From: Chiloscyllium plagiosum
Lineage: Eukaryota
Length of the DNA stretch: 44,498 bases
Assembly: GCF_004010195.1 (NCBI RefSeq)
Contig: NC_057754.1
Location: forward strand, 11,122,707 to 11,167,204
Direction: 5' to 3'
Shown here: one piece after another, positions 1-12,239 of the stretch
How the letters are laid out: every line of letters begins with the position of its first letter
Numbering within the stretch: the stretch's first letter is position 1
Position numbers and translations under genes: made by a program
Notes under the pieces: generated by a model
Seen by the model: the letters and a program-made list of their open reading frames with translations, nothing else
Databases searched by the model: none
What the model was told of the DNA's origin: nothing

Positions 1-545
1 TTAGGCCCCTTTTGGAATATTGCGTGTAATTCTGGTCTCCTTCCTATCAGAAGGATGTTGTGAAACTTGAAAGGGTTCAAAAAAGATTTCAAGGATGTTG
101 CCAGGTTTGGACGTTTTGAGCTATACGGAGAAATTGAATAGGCTGGGCTGTTTTCCCTGGTGCATTGGAGGCTGAGGAGTGACCTTATAGAGATTTATAA
201 AATCATGAGGGGCATGGAAAGGATAAACAGACAAAGTCTTTTCCCTGGGGTTGGGAATCCAGAATTGGAGGGCGTAGGTTTAGGGTGAGAGGGGAAAGAT
301 ATAAAAGAGACCTAAGGGGCAACTTTTCCACGCAGAGAGTGAGACGTGTATGGAATGAGCTGCCAGAGGACGTGGTGAACGCTATTGCAATAGCAACGTT
401 TAAAAGGCATCTGGATGGGTATATGAATAGGAAGGGTTTGGAGGGATATAAGCTGGGTGCTGGCAAGTCAGACTAGATTAGGTTAGGGTATCTAGTCAGC
501 GTGGACGAGATGGACCGATGGATGTGCTGTACATCTCTATGACTC
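1..545 (+). mobile_element. CR1 LINE 3' end (RT C-terminus + 3'UTR), degenerate
   Basis: Encodes an LEYCV.FWSP..KDVVKLERVQKRF-type C-terminus and RGNFSTQRVRRVWNELP (ORF 285-476). Ends in gctgtacatctctatgactc, shared with the 10645-11416 copy. Confidence 0.9.
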
Positions 546-1224
546 GATAACTCTGATATAATGGGTTCACATATCCAGTAAATGTACAAACTGGTCTCAA
601 GAGGAAAAGAATCCCTCTGGACAGAAAAGTGATTCTGAAGTGATCCCGACTGGCTCCAGCTCAAGCCCCATCCTCTGCCTCACACAAGGAAACTGTTCAC
701 AGGAGATGCTGTCACCAGCTACAGAGACCAGCAGTCCCTCCATATGATCAGTTTGTCCTCTGGGATTGATAAATTGCTCTCGCCTGAAATGGGACATATG
801 CCTGTTGTATCTATTTAGCTCATACCTCAGTTTTAAACTTATTTTGCAATAAGCTACTTTAAAATCACTTGAGCTCAAACCCACTTTGAGGTAATCTGTG
901 ACTCCCAGACTTAAACCTTGCAATTGGTGTTTGGACTGAGATCACAGTGGTTGAAGTCATAGTCTTGAGAAACAAGACATTTTTTAAAATACAAATGAAA
1001 ATGTTCTGAAACAAAGTCTGGCATATACAATGGTATTAGAACGTTACAGGCAGATACATTAACAATACTTAAAAGGTAATTGGACAAAATACATGGATAG
1101 GAAAGATTTAGAAGGATGTGGACCAAGTGCAGGGGAATAGAGTTCGCATGGATGGACATTTTGGTTGGCATGGACCAGTTTGGGCTGTAGGACTCTCTGA
1201 ACTGATAGTCTAACAGAGAAAACA

Positions 1225-3920
1225 GAGATTAAAAAAACCTGCAGATGCTGGAATCCAAAGTAGACAAGCATGAGACGGGAAGAACACAACAAGCTAGGCA
1301 GCATTAAGAGGTGGAGAAGTCAAGGTTTTCGGTATAACCCTTCTTCAGGAATGGAAATGGGGGCAGGAGAGAGATAGAGGGGGGAGGAGAAGGGTAATGG
1401 GTGGAGAGAGGAGTGAAATGGTGAGGTAGTGATAGGTGAACACAGGTGGTGAGTACGTCCTGATTGTCGATGGGAGCAATGAATCCCGTTGGAAGGAAGG
1501 ATCGGTCAGAGGGATGGAAAGGAGGAGGCAGGCTGGAACAGGAGTCGGAGGGTACATGGGAAGGTTATTTGAAATTGGAGAACTCAATGTTGAGTTCCAG
1601 GCTGTGTGCTGCTCTGGTGGAATATGAGGTGTTGCTGCTCCAATTTACGGCCTGATTCACTTTGGCAGTGGAGGAGGCTGAGGACAGGCATGTCTGAGAG
1701 GGAGTGGGAAGGGGAATTGAAGTGGGCAGTGACCAGATGATCAGGCTGGCCCTTACAGGCTCGGCTGAGCTCCTCGCAAAACATTCCCTTAGTTTACATT
1801 TGGGCTCATCTATGGAGGGAAGATCACATTGGGAGCACCTGATGCAGTAAAGTAGGTTGGAGGAGGGGGAGGCACACTCTGGACGGAGGTGAGGGGGCTG
1901 GTGTGCTGGCAGGTGTTGCATCTTTTATGGTTGCAGGGGAAGCTAAGGGGGAGAGGTTTGGTTTGGACAGTTGTGTGAACCAAGGAGTGGGGAAGGGAAT
2001 GTTGCTTGCAGAAGGCAGAGAGGGGTGAGGAGGGAAAGATGTTCTTGGCAGTGGGGTCGTGTTGGAGTTGGTGAAGATGTTTGAGGATGATATGTTGGAT
2101 GTGGAGACTACTGGGGTGAAAATTGAGGACAAGGGGACCCTATCTTTATTACATTTGGAGGGGGCTGTGTTTACAGCAGTTGAGCGGCGAATGGAGGAGG
2201 TGTGGTAGAGGACTGTCTGGATGACAGAGCGGGGAAAGCACATTGTTTAAAATAGGTGGACATCTGGGATGCTTGGGAGTGGAACGTCTACTTGTCAGAG
2301 CACATGTGACGGAGACAGAGGAATTGGGAAAACGGGATGCAGTTGCTGCAAGATATGGGGTGGAAGTAGGTGTAGTGCAGGTAGTTGTGGATTTATAGTA
2401 AATGTCAGTCCTTAAACTATCACTGCAGAATGAAATGGAGAGGTCAAGAAAGGGGAGAGCAGTATCCAAGATAGACCAAGGGAACTTAAGGGCAGGTTGG
2501 AAGTTGTTTGTGAAGTTGATGAACTACTCCAGTTCAGCATTGGTGCAGGAAGCAGTACTGATGTTATGACGGACAAATTAAAGGGCAACACGATGGCTCA
2601 GTGTTTAGCATTACTGCCTCACAGCGCTGGGGACCCGGGTTCAATTCCCAGGCAACTGTCTGTGTGGAGTTTGCACATTCTCCCCATGTCCGCGTGGGTT
2701 TCCTCTGGGTTCTCCAGTTTCCTCTCTCAATCCACAGATGTGCAGGTTAGATGAATTGGCCATGCTAAATTGCCCATAGAGTTCAAGAATGTGTAGGTTA
2801 GGTGCATTAGTTGGCGGTAAATGTAGAGCAATAGGGGAATGGGTCAGGGTAGAATATTCTTCGGATGGTTGTGTGGGCTTGCTGGGCCGAAGGGCCTGTT
2901 TCCACACTGTAAGGATTCTAGGATTCTCCTATGATTTTGAGTACCTGTGTATGTGTTGAAGAGGGACTGTTCAACTTCTCCGACAGAGGCAGGTGTAGCT
3001 ATGGCCCATACTAGTGCCCATGGCCATTCCCTGTATTTGTAGGAAATGGGAAGAGTTGAAGGAAAGGTTATTGAGGGTGAGGACTAGTTCAGCAAGGTGG
3101 AGGAGGATAGTAGTGGACGGGGACTGGATGGGTCTGTTGGAGAGGAAGAAACTAATGGCCTGCAGGCAGTTCTTGTGGGTTATGGACATGTATACGTTCT
3201 GCACATTCATAGTGAAGATGAAGCACTGGGGGCCAGGTTACTGGAAGTTTCCAAGGAGGTGGAGGGAGTGATTTGTATCCCGGATGTCGGTGGGAAGTAC
3301 CTGGACCAAGAGGGGAGAGAATGGAGTCAAGGCAGGAAGAATTGAGTTCGATAGTGCAGGAGCATGTGGAGACAATAGGTTAGCCTGAATAGTTGGGCTT
3401 GTGGTTCTTGAGGAGGAGGTTGAATTGGGCAATGATGGAATGGAGAGTATGAGGTTGGAGGAGGTGGAGAGGAGATCACAGAGGCGACGAGGTCACAGAC
3501 AGTCCGGGTGATAGTGGCCTGGTAGGTCATGGCGAGGTCGTGGTCAAGGGGAGGTAGGACGTGGCTTCAGAGAGCTGGTGCTTGGCTTCTGCGACATAGC
3601 AGTCCGTCCTCCAAACTACTACTGCCCTGTCTTTGTCAGCAGTTTTGATGGTGAATCAGGGATTGGTATGGAGGGAATGGAACGCTGCACATTCGGAGGG
3701 TGCGAGGCTAGAGTGGGTGAGGGGATGGAGAAATCAAGGCAGCTAATGTTGTGTTGGCAGTAAAGAGGTCCAGAGTGGGAATGAGGCTGGGAGGGTGTGT
3801 CTAAGTAGAACAGAAAGGTTGGAGTGGGGATAAGGGGTCCTCGTTGAGGGGGGGGACACAGTTGGGAGTCAAAGAAAGCGGCACGGAGGCTGAGGTGGTG
3901 GAAGGAGGGCTCCACCATCT
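1225..3920 (-). mobile_element. Penelope-like retroelement (RT + GIY-YIG), decayed, interrupted by a SINE
   Basis: Minus-strand fragments LAELVLTLNNLSFNSSHFLQIQGMAMGT (RT), LPFLDLSIS..RTDIYYKST (RT/thumb) and NLLYCIRCSQC (GIY-YIG region). Terminal repeat with a degenerate hammerhead motif at ~1320-1350. Confidence 0.88.
2582..2925 (+). mobile_element. HE1-like tRNA-derived SINE
   Basis: A box tggctcagtgtttagc, B box gggttcaattcc, body tgtgtggagtttgcacattctcccc, CR1-like tail gggcctgtttccacactgta. Confidence 0.9.
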
Positions 3921-4074
3921 GTCATAGCAGAACAAGAACCCTGATCCCCAGACTATTATTTGGGTCTCTCGATTAACAATCTAGCAATAATACCACAACG
4001 CCACTGCCCCCTCTACTGCATTCACAATATATATTGATGGTTTAGATGAAGAAACTTAAATGAAATATCTCTCA

Positions 4075-4640
4075 GAATGTAGATGACATGCAACGAAGAG
4101 GCAGAGCAGTTGTCCTGGTGCATAAGGACTTCAGTAAAGTATTTGACAAGTTTCCACATGGCAGACTGATTAACAAAGTTACAGAACATGGAATATAGGG
4201 AGATGTAACCATTTGGATACAGACTGGCTCAAAGGTAGGAGACAGTGGTGGAGGAGGGTTGCTTTTCAGAATGGAGAGCATCGATTTGCCACAAGGATCT
4301 GTGCTGGGTCCACTGCTTTTTGTCATTTACATAAATGATCTGGATATGAATCGAGCAGGTATGGTTCATAAGTTTGCAGATGACACCAAAAGTGGTGGTG
4401 TAGTGGATAGCGAAGAAGGTTGTTTCAGAGTACAATAGGACCTTGATCAAATGGGCTGAGGAGTAGTGGATGGAGTTTAATTTAGATAAATATGAGGTGC
4501 TACATTTTGGTTAGGCAAATCAGGGAACAACTTGTATACTTCATGGTAAGGTCCTGGGGAGTGCTGCTGAACAAAGACAAAGGAGCACAGGTTCACACTT
4601 CCTTGAAAGTGGAGTCACAGTTAGAAAGGATCGTGAAAAC
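4075..4640 (+). mobile_element. CR1 LINE RT fragment
   Basis: DFSKVFDKFPHG, PQGSVLGPLLFVIYINDLD and KFADDTK motifs with stops/frameshifts. Confidence 0.88.
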
Positions 4641-5114
4641 AGGTACTAAAATAGGTCTTTTGTAAAAGTGAAGTGGCATAAAGAGAACTTTTGAAAAGTG
4701 GGAGATACTTGTAGCAGGGCAGGATTGAATGTCATAATGGTCTACTCCTGTTCCTACATTTCTAATCTGTTAAACGTGAGTTATAAAAACAAAATGATTG
4801 TAATGGACACAGATATCAGCACTATCTTATCCTCATTGGATGAAAGTCCTGTAACTCTTTGCCGAACAACAATTTGGGAGAAGCTTCACCATATGGACTG
4901 CAGCAGTTCAAGAAGGTCAAGGACATGTGATTTTGAAAGCTCTAGACTGGCTGTTCTGTCTCTATCTCATTTTCTATTCAGGTCTCAAATTGTTGAATGT
5001 TCTGAGAAAAGCAGATAGTATGTAGGAAATAAGCAAATATCTATGGATGTTTGCTGAAACTGTTTACATTCACTGCTGATTCATAAATTAAACTTTTTTT
5101 TAATCTGTCTATGA

Positions 5115-6330
5115 ACCATATTACAGAGGAGGAAGTGCTGAGTGTCTTGAAACGCATAAAGGTGAATAAGTCCCCAGGACCTGATCAGGTCATAGAGTCA
5201 TAGAGATGTACAGCATGGAAACAGACCCTTCGGTCCAACCTGTCCATGCCGACCAGATATTCCAACCCAATCTTGTACCCTAGATCTCTGTGGGAATCTA
5301 GGGAAGTGATTGCTGGGCCTCTTCCTGAGATATCTGCATCATCGGTAGTCACAGATGAGGTGCCGGAAGACTGGAGGTTGGCTAATGTGGTGCCACTGTT
5401 TAAGAAGGGCGGTAAGGACAAGCCAGGGAACTACAGACCAGTGAGCCTGATGTCAGTGGTGGGCAAGTTGTTAGAGGGAATTGTGAGGGAAAGGATGTAT
5501 GTGTATTTGGAAAGGCAAGGACTGATTAGGGATAGTCAATATGGCTGTGTGTGTGGGAAATCATGTCTCACAAACTTGATTGAGTTTTTTGAAGAAATAA
5601 CAAAGAGGATTGATGAGGGCAGAGCAGTAGATGTGACTTATATGGACTTCAGTAAGACGTTCGACAAAGTTCCCCATGGTTAGCAAAGTTAGATCTCATG
5701 GAATACAGGGAGAACTAGCCATTTGGATACAGAACTGGCTCAAAGGTAGAAGACAGAGGGTGGTGGTGGAGGGTTGTTTTTCAGACTGGCGGCCTGTGAC
5801 CAGTGGAGTGCCACAAGGATCAGGCTGGTTTCACTACTTTTCATCATTTTATATAAATGATTTGGATGTGAGCATAAGTAACTTTGCAGATGACACCAAA
5901 ATTGGAGGTGTAGTGGACAGCGAAGAAGGTTGCCTCAGATTACAAAAGGATCTGGACCAGATGAGCCAATAGGCTGAGAAGTGGCAGATGGAGATTAATT
6001 TAGATAAATGTGAGGTGCTGCATTTTGGGAAAGCAAATCTTAGCAGGACTTACACTTAATGGTAATATGCTAGGGAGTGTTGCTGAACAGAGAGACCTTA
6101 AGAGTGCAGTTTCATAGCTCCTTTAAAGTGGAATTGCAGGTAGATAGGATAGTGAAGAGGGTGTTTGGTATGCTTCCTTTATTAGTTACAGCATTGAGTA
6201 CAGGGGTTGGGAGGTTGTGTTGCGGCTGTACAGGACAGTGGTTAGGCCCTTTTTGGAATATTGCATTCAATTCTGGGTCTCCTTCCTATTGGAAAGATGT
6301 TGTGAAACTTGAAAGGGTTCAGAAAAGATT
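5115..6330 (+). mobile_element. CR1 LINE ORF2 (RT) fragment
   Basis: ORFs 5246-5683 (VPEDWRLANVVPLFKKG..NYRPVSL..DFSKTFDKVPH) and 5676-5972 (SGVPQGS..FADDTK). Confidence 0.93.
5191..5273 (-). mobile_element. Short antisense CR1 3'-terminal fragment nested in a CR1
   Basis: catagagtcatagagatgtacagcatggaaacaga is the reverse complement of the 3' end of the 10645-11416 copy. It interrupts the host codons for PDQVYPR. Confidence 0.8.
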
Positions 6331-6804
6331 GAAACTATTTAATTGAACTAATAATTTACATTTTTCCCCTGTTTAATACATTCTAAGCTGTATCTATCAA
6401 TCTGTGAGGACTTTCAGATCAGCCATAATCCTTTTGAATATTGGTACAGACACAAGGGGCAATTGGCTTACTTCGGTTGCTATTACTGTCTATTTTCTAA
6501 TAGACAGTAGATAGAGCTGTAACCAGTTACACAGCCTGAGTGTGTTCCAGTGGCTATGGAAAAAGCTTTAAGTTAGACTGAAATAAAATTGCACCATATG
6601 CAGTTGAGAGAAACTATATGAAGATTTATGCTCAAAATGTTAACTCTTCTACTTCTCAGATGCTGCCTGACCGGCTGTGCTTTTCCAGCGTCACACTATT
6701 TGACTACGATCTCCAGCATCTGCAGTCCTCACTTTCTCCTATATGGATGTTCTGCCAAGTGCAATAGAATTTATCTGGTCATCCGGCCAAGAGAGATGAA
6801 CGAT

Positions 6805-7000
6805 CCCAAGACAATGGAGATACTGCCAAAATTTCAGAATAATGACAGTGATATAGTTTCCCACCTGAGCTGGCCATCCAATAGTGGTCACACAGAAGAG
6901 AGATCATTCCCTTGCTCCATGTGCAGGAAGGATTCAGTCAGACATCCAGCTTCTGAGACACCTGCAAGTTTACAGGGAGTTACAGGAGTTAGATTCTGGA
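6805..7000 (+). pseudogene. Degenerate C2H2 zinc-finger exon remnant
   Basis: HTEERSFPCSMCRK (TGEKP-like linker + CxxC), then a frameshifted ggattcagtcagacatccagc..agacacctgcaagtt (GFSQTSS..RHLQV). The downstream gttagattctg is shared with the remnant at ~20810. Confidence 0.65.
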
Positions 7001-7626
7001 GGGATTGCTGCTTTTTAATCACATCTCGACTTCATACTACACTTTTACTGCAGTAACCGCTCCCCATCGGGAATAATCAAACAAAACAGCAGATCCCCAG
7101 GTGGAGTGAATCGGCCAGATTGGGGACAGAGGGGAGAAGAATGGGGGAGGGAAGGAGCAGCGTGGGAACAGGGGGCAGGGATGTCACCACACAAATGGGT
7201 CCTGCGCACTCCTCCCCCCCCCTCCCCCCCCTGCTGAACCAAGATGGCAACCGTTGACCAGAGCCTGCTTCTGGAAAGAAGCCTGTGGCTCCCTACGGCA
7301 CAAATTACAGCATTCGGACAACTCATGTTTGGGGCGAGAAACCTCAACTGCGCAATCGTGAAATCTTCTTGTTGGAAATATTGTGGCTGATGATTCCCTT
7401 CACTAACTGTTTGTGGATGTGACAGATAAACACTTACATGGTTAAAGATGCCCTCCAACGCATCTCGTCCACATCCCGCACCTCCGCCCTCAGACCCCAC
7501 CCCTCCAACCGTAACAAGGACAGTACGCCCCTGCTGCTCACCTTCCACCCTACCAACCTTCGCATAAACCAAATCATCCGCCGACATTTCCGCCACCTCC
7601 AAAAAGACCCCACCACCAGGGATATA

Positions 7627-8490
7627 NNNNNNNNNNNNNNNNNNNNNNNNNNNNNNNNNNNNNNNNNNNNNNNNNNNNNNNNNNNNNNNNNNNNNNNNNN
7701 NNNNNNNNNNNNNNNNNNNNNNNNNNNNNNNNNNNNNNNNNNNNNNNNNNNNNNNNNNNNNNNNNNNNNNNNNNNNNNNNNNNNNNNNNNNNNNNNNNNN
7801 NNNNNNNNNNNNNNNNNNNNNNNNNNNNNNNNNNNNNNNNNNNNNNNNNNNNNNNNNNNNNNNNNNNNNNNNNNNNNNNNNNNNNNNNNNNNNNNNNNNN
7901 NNNNNNNNNNNNNNNNNNNNNNNNNNNNNNNNNNNNNNNNNNNNNNNNNNNNNNNNNNNNNNNNNNNNNNNNNNNNNNNNNNNNNNNNNNNNNNNNNNNN
8001 NNNNNNNNNNNNNNNNNNNNNNNNNNNNNNNNNNNNNNNNNNNNNNNNNNNNNNNNNNNNNNNNNNNNNNNNNNNNNNNNNNNNNNNNNNNNNNNNNNNN
8101 NNNNNNNNNNNNNNNNNNNNNNNNNNNNNNNNNNNNNNNNNNNNNNNNNNNNNNNNNNNNNNNNNNNNNNNNNNNNNNNNNNNNNNNNNNNNNNNNNNNN
8201 NNNNNNNNNNNNNNNNNNNNNNNNNNNNNNNNNNNNNNNNNNNNNNNNNNNNNNNNNNNNNNNNNNNNNNNNNNNNNNNNNNNNNNNNNNNNNNNNNNNN
8301 NNNNNNNNNNNNNNNNNNNNNNNNNNNNNNNNNNNNNNNNNNNNNNNNNNNNNNNNNNNNNNNNNNNNNNNNNNNNNNNNNNNNNNNNNNNNNNNNNNNN
8401 NNNNNNNNNNNNNNNNNNNNNNNNNNNNNNNNNNNNNNNNNNNNNNNNNNNNNNNNNNNNNNNNNNNNNNNNNNNNNNNNNNNNNNNNNN
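7627..8490. other. Assembly gap (N run)
   Basis: Run of N. Other gaps are at 14138-14684 and 18250-18332, all inside or next to Penelope-like sequence. Confidence 1.
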
Positions 8491-8601
8491 CCCCCGACTT
8501 ATCACCTTCATCCCCTCCCCCACTCACCCATTGTACTCTATGCTACTTTCTCCCCACCCTCCTCTAGCTTATCTCTCCACCCTTCAGGCTCTCTGCCTTT
8601 A

Positions 8602-8636
8602 TTCCTGATGAAGGGCTTTTGCCCGAAACGTCGATT
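8602..8636 (+). ncRNA. Minimal hammerhead ribozyme motif (Penelope terminal repeat)
   Basis: ttc-CTGATGA-a-GGGC-tttt-GCCC-GAAA-CGTC-gatt: catalytic core, stem II, palindromic ACGT in place of stem III, GTC cleavage triplet. Confidence 0.75.
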
Positions 8637-8725
8637 TTACTGCCCCTCGGATGCTGCCTGAACTGCTGTGCTCTTCCAGCACCACTAATCCAGAATCTGC
8701 AGTCATTGTTTTTACCTGGGTCAAC

Positions 8726-8920
8726 ACTTACGTCCAGGGGCGACCCACGTCACGCATGCTCACAATTCCAATTCAGTATGCGCATGCCCGCCTGCTTGAT
8801 GACATCACATAACCAAACGTAATCAAGGGGCGGATCTGGAGGACAGAGCTGGTGCTGCTGGTCCTCCAAGTAACCAGGGCGACCAAGGGGCGGAGCTGAC
8901 ATTGCAACCAATGAGTGAAA
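8726..8920 (-). promoter_or_regulatory. CpG-rich promoter/first-exon module with splice donor
   Basis: Two GGGGCGG GC boxes, CCAAT, NRF1-like TGCGCATGC, GTAAGT donor at 8731-8726 on the minus strand. Homologous to ~41995-42125 in opposite orientation. Confidence 0.55.
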
Positions 8921-9694
8921 GGGGGTCTGCAACTGTGACGCTATCATACGCCGTGGGCGACAGGAGGCAGGATATTGTGTTCTTTACAGTGGGGAGAACT
9001 GCTTTTGGTCTACTTTTTTTAACAGCAGGCTCACAGGGATTCGTTTCCAGATAGTAATTTTCAAGCAGATGTTATAGCAAGATCTACAAAGTCACTCCAT
9101 TCACCAGCATCTCACTATCATCGGCCTTTCCCAGTGCAAAATAAAAAGTTTTTCAATTATGCTAAAAGATTTCTGAGATCAGGGCTAAGGAACAGTTAAG
9201 GAAAGAGAGATTGGACCTTCTTGGGGAAGCAGTGCAGATTTACCCCAATCATTCCTGGACTCAAGGGTTTTATTATGAGCGGAGGTTCCAGAAATCAGTC
9301 TTAGATTCATTATGACACAGAAATAAGTAATTTAGCCCATTTCATGGTAGTGAAAAGAGCATTGTTCCCCCAGTATCTGTTTTTGCTGAAATTGCCCAGG
9401 GAGTGAAAATGTGAAGGTTCAATCCCAGATTTCATCATCAATTTTAGACAGTACAGCAGCTCAGCGGTTTGTGTTGCAGCCTGGAATCCGACTTTGTTTC
9501 CAGTCTAAATCGACTGTGTGAAGGTTGCACATCCTCCCTCTGTCAGTGTGGATTTTCTGCATGTGCTTAGGTTTCCTCCCAAAATGGAGGAGAAAGTGAG
9601 GTCTGCAGATGCTGGAGATCAGAGCTGAAAATGTGTTGCTGGAAAAGCGCAGTGGGTCACTGAAGAAGGGCTTATGCCCGAAACGTTGATTCTC

Positions 9695-10336
9695 CTGTTC
9701 CCTGGATGCTGCCTGACCTGCCTGACCTGACCTCTCCAGCATCTGCAGTCCTCACTTTCTCCTGGGTAGTGTATTAGGCCAAGCACTTTAAAATGAACAA
9801 GATAGACCCATATAATCCCTACAGTGCTGTAAGAGGCCATTCAGCCCATTGAGTTGGCACTGCTACGCCAGACTTTCCTTACCTCAACCCAGTTACTCAT
9901 CATGGGTGGATCAGAGGAGGTTTATGAAATTGATGTCTGGAATCAGCATGATTGTCTAACAAGAATAGGTTGGGCAGGTGTGAGAGGTAATTTCGGTTTA
10001 AACTTTAAGATGTGCCTGGACCACGGACCCTGTTCCCTGGATGCTGCCTGACCTGCTGCGCTTTTCCAGCAACACATTTTCAGCTCTGATCTCCAGCATC
10101 TGCAGTCCTCACTTTCTCTTGGGTAGTGTATTAGGCCAAGCATCTTTAAAATTAACAAGATAGACCCATATAATCCCTACAGTTCTGTAAGAGGCCATTC
10201 AGCCCATTGAGTTGGCACCGCTACGCCAGACTTTCCTTACCTCAACCCAGTTACTCATCATGGGTGGATCAGAGGAGGTTTATGAAATTGATGTCTGGAA
10301 TCAGCATGATTGTCTAACAAGAATAGGTTGGGCAGG
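9695..10336. repeat. Tandem duplication (9695-9978 and 10029-10336) of a PLE tail plus flank
   Basis: Near-identical repeats from cctgttccctggatgctgcc to gaataggttgggcagg. Confidence 0.9.
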
Positions 10337-10644
10337 CAAAAGGGGAAAGGGAGTGGGCTAGAACTGCTGATTAAAACAGGAAAGAATTGTCATTGTGAGC
10401 AAGCATGTAAGTTCTGGTGAAGTAGAATCTCGAGTAGTTGAGCTTAGAAACCTCAATGAGCAGAAAATGATAAGGCTATAGACCCCAAGCTGCAGTACCA
10501 GAAAGGCATTAGAATGGAATTTAGAGATGCAAGTAATTATGGGTGACTTTAATCTTCATATAAATTTGGCAAATCAAAACAATAGCAGTAAGATAGCGGA
10601 TGAATTCTTCGCGTGTATATGGAACAATTTTGTTCTTCTACTGT

Positions 10645-11416
10645 GAGGTGCTGCATTTTGAGTAAGCGAATCTTAGTAGGACTTATACACTTAATGGTAA
10701 GGTCCTAGGGAGTGTTGCTGAACAAAGAGACCTTGGAGTGCAGGTTCATAGCTCCTTGAAAGTGGAGTCACAGGTAGATAGGATAGTGAAGGAGGCATGC
10801 TTTCCTTTATTGGTCAGAGTATTGAGTACAGGAGTTGGGAGGTCATGTTGCGGCTGTACAGGACATTGTTTAGGCCACTGTTGGAATATTGCGTGCAATT
10901 CTGGTCTCCTCCCTATCGGAAAGATGTTGTGAAACTTGAAAGCGTTCAGGAAAGATTTACAAGGATATTGCCAGGGTTGGAGGATTTGAGCTATAGGAAG
11001 AGGCTGAACAGGCTGGGGTTATTTTCCCTGTAGTGTCGGTGACCTTTTAGAGGTTTACAAAATTATGAGGCGCATGGATAGGATTAATAGACAAAGTCTT
11101 TTCCCTGGGGTGAGGGAGTCCAGAACTAGAGGGCAGAGGTTTACGGTGAGAAGGAAAGATATAAAAGGGACTGAAGGGGCAAGTTTTTCATGCAGAGGGT
11201 GGTACATGTTTGGAATGAGCCGCCAGAGGAAGTGGTGCAGGCTGGTACAAGTGCAATATTTAAAAGGCATTTGGATGGGTATATAAATAGGAAGGGTTTG
11301 GAGGGATATGGGCCGGGTGCTGGCAGGTGGGACTAGATTGGGGTGGGATATCAGGTCGGCATGGACTGGTTGGACCGAAGGATCTGTTTCCATGCTGTAC
11401 ATCTCTATGACTCTAC
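10645..11416 (+). mobile_element. 5'-truncated CR1 LINE
   Basis: ORF 10797-11033 LYRTLFRPLLEYCVQFWSP; 3'UTR ends ctgtacatctctatgactcta. Confidence 0.92.
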
Positions 11417-11459
11417 GTTGCTGAAGAATCAACAAGGTATTGGGTAATGAGAAAGGAAT

Positions 11460-11978
11460 AGGGACCCAGGTTCAATTCCAGCCGGTGTGGAGTTTGCACA
11501 TTCTCCCCATGTCTGTGTGGATTTCCTCCAGGTGCTCTGGTTTCCTCCCACAATTCAAAGATGTGTAGGTTCGGTGAATTGGCCATGCTAAATTGCCCAT
11601 AGATTCTGGATTAGAGGTGCTGGAAAAGCACAGCAGTTCAGGCAGCATCTGAGGAGCAGTAAAATCGACGTTTCGGGCAAAAGCCCTTCATCAGGAAACT
11701 TTTGCCCGAAACGTCGATTTTACTGCTCCTCGGATACTGCCTGAACTGCTGTGATTTTCCAGCACCTCTAATCCAGAATCTGGTTTCCAGCATCTGCAGT
11801 CATTGTTTTTACCTAAATTGCCCATAGTGTTCAGGAGGTGTGTAGATTAGGTGCATTAGTCAAGTGTAAATATAGGATAATAGGGTAGGGGAATGGGTCT
11901 GGGTAGGTTACCCTTTGGAGGGTCGGAGTGGACTTATTGGGCCAAAGGGTCTGTTTCCACAGTGTAGGGATTGTATGA
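11460..11978 (+). mobile_element. HE1-like SINE interrupted by a palindromic PLE fragment
   Basis: B box ggttcaattcc, SINE body and tail. Insert 11603-11812 is flanked by the 15-bp TSD ctaaattgcccatag (11588-11602, 11813-11827). Confidence 0.88.
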
Positions 11979-12239
11979 ATAATTGACAATCAAGTTGATC
12001 GTAGACCCTTAAGGAGGAGTGACCACAATAGAAGACAATTCTTTATTAAGATGGAGAGTGATGTTTTTTTCTGAGACTGAGGTTCTGGAATTAAATAAAT
12101 TATATTGGTATGAGGCATGAGCTGCTTGTGATTAATTGTGAATCAGTTTTTAAATGATTTATGGGAGATAGTAATGGCAAACATTTAAACAGGGCACAGA
12201 CTCCCAAGGTTATTCATCCCATTCTGGCACATGGGAAAC

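Larger units (their letters stand above)
7438..8722 (+). mobile_element. 5'-truncated Penelope-like element spanning an assembly gap, with 9-bp TSD
   Basis: ORF start KDALQRISSTSR..PLLLTFHPTNLRINQIIRRHFRHLQ; terminal repeat with hammerhead at ~8604-8635; direct repeat aacacttac at 7429-7437 and 8723-8731. Confidence 0.85.

Noticed and set aside
562..747. Ser-rich open frame (SQEEKNPSGQKSDSEVIP..SSPSI*)
   Set aside because: No start, clear acceptor or recognisable homology; a terminal exon cannot be supported.
2582..2650. tRNA-like heads of SINEs (also ~31810-31878, 32972-33040)
   Set aside because: They continue into SINE body and tail and lack a tRNA acceptor stem, so they are not tRNA genes.
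7045..8661. Long ORFs of 317-492 aa (also 14062-15002)
   Set aside because: Their length comes from N runs; the real parts are PLE or CR1 fragments.
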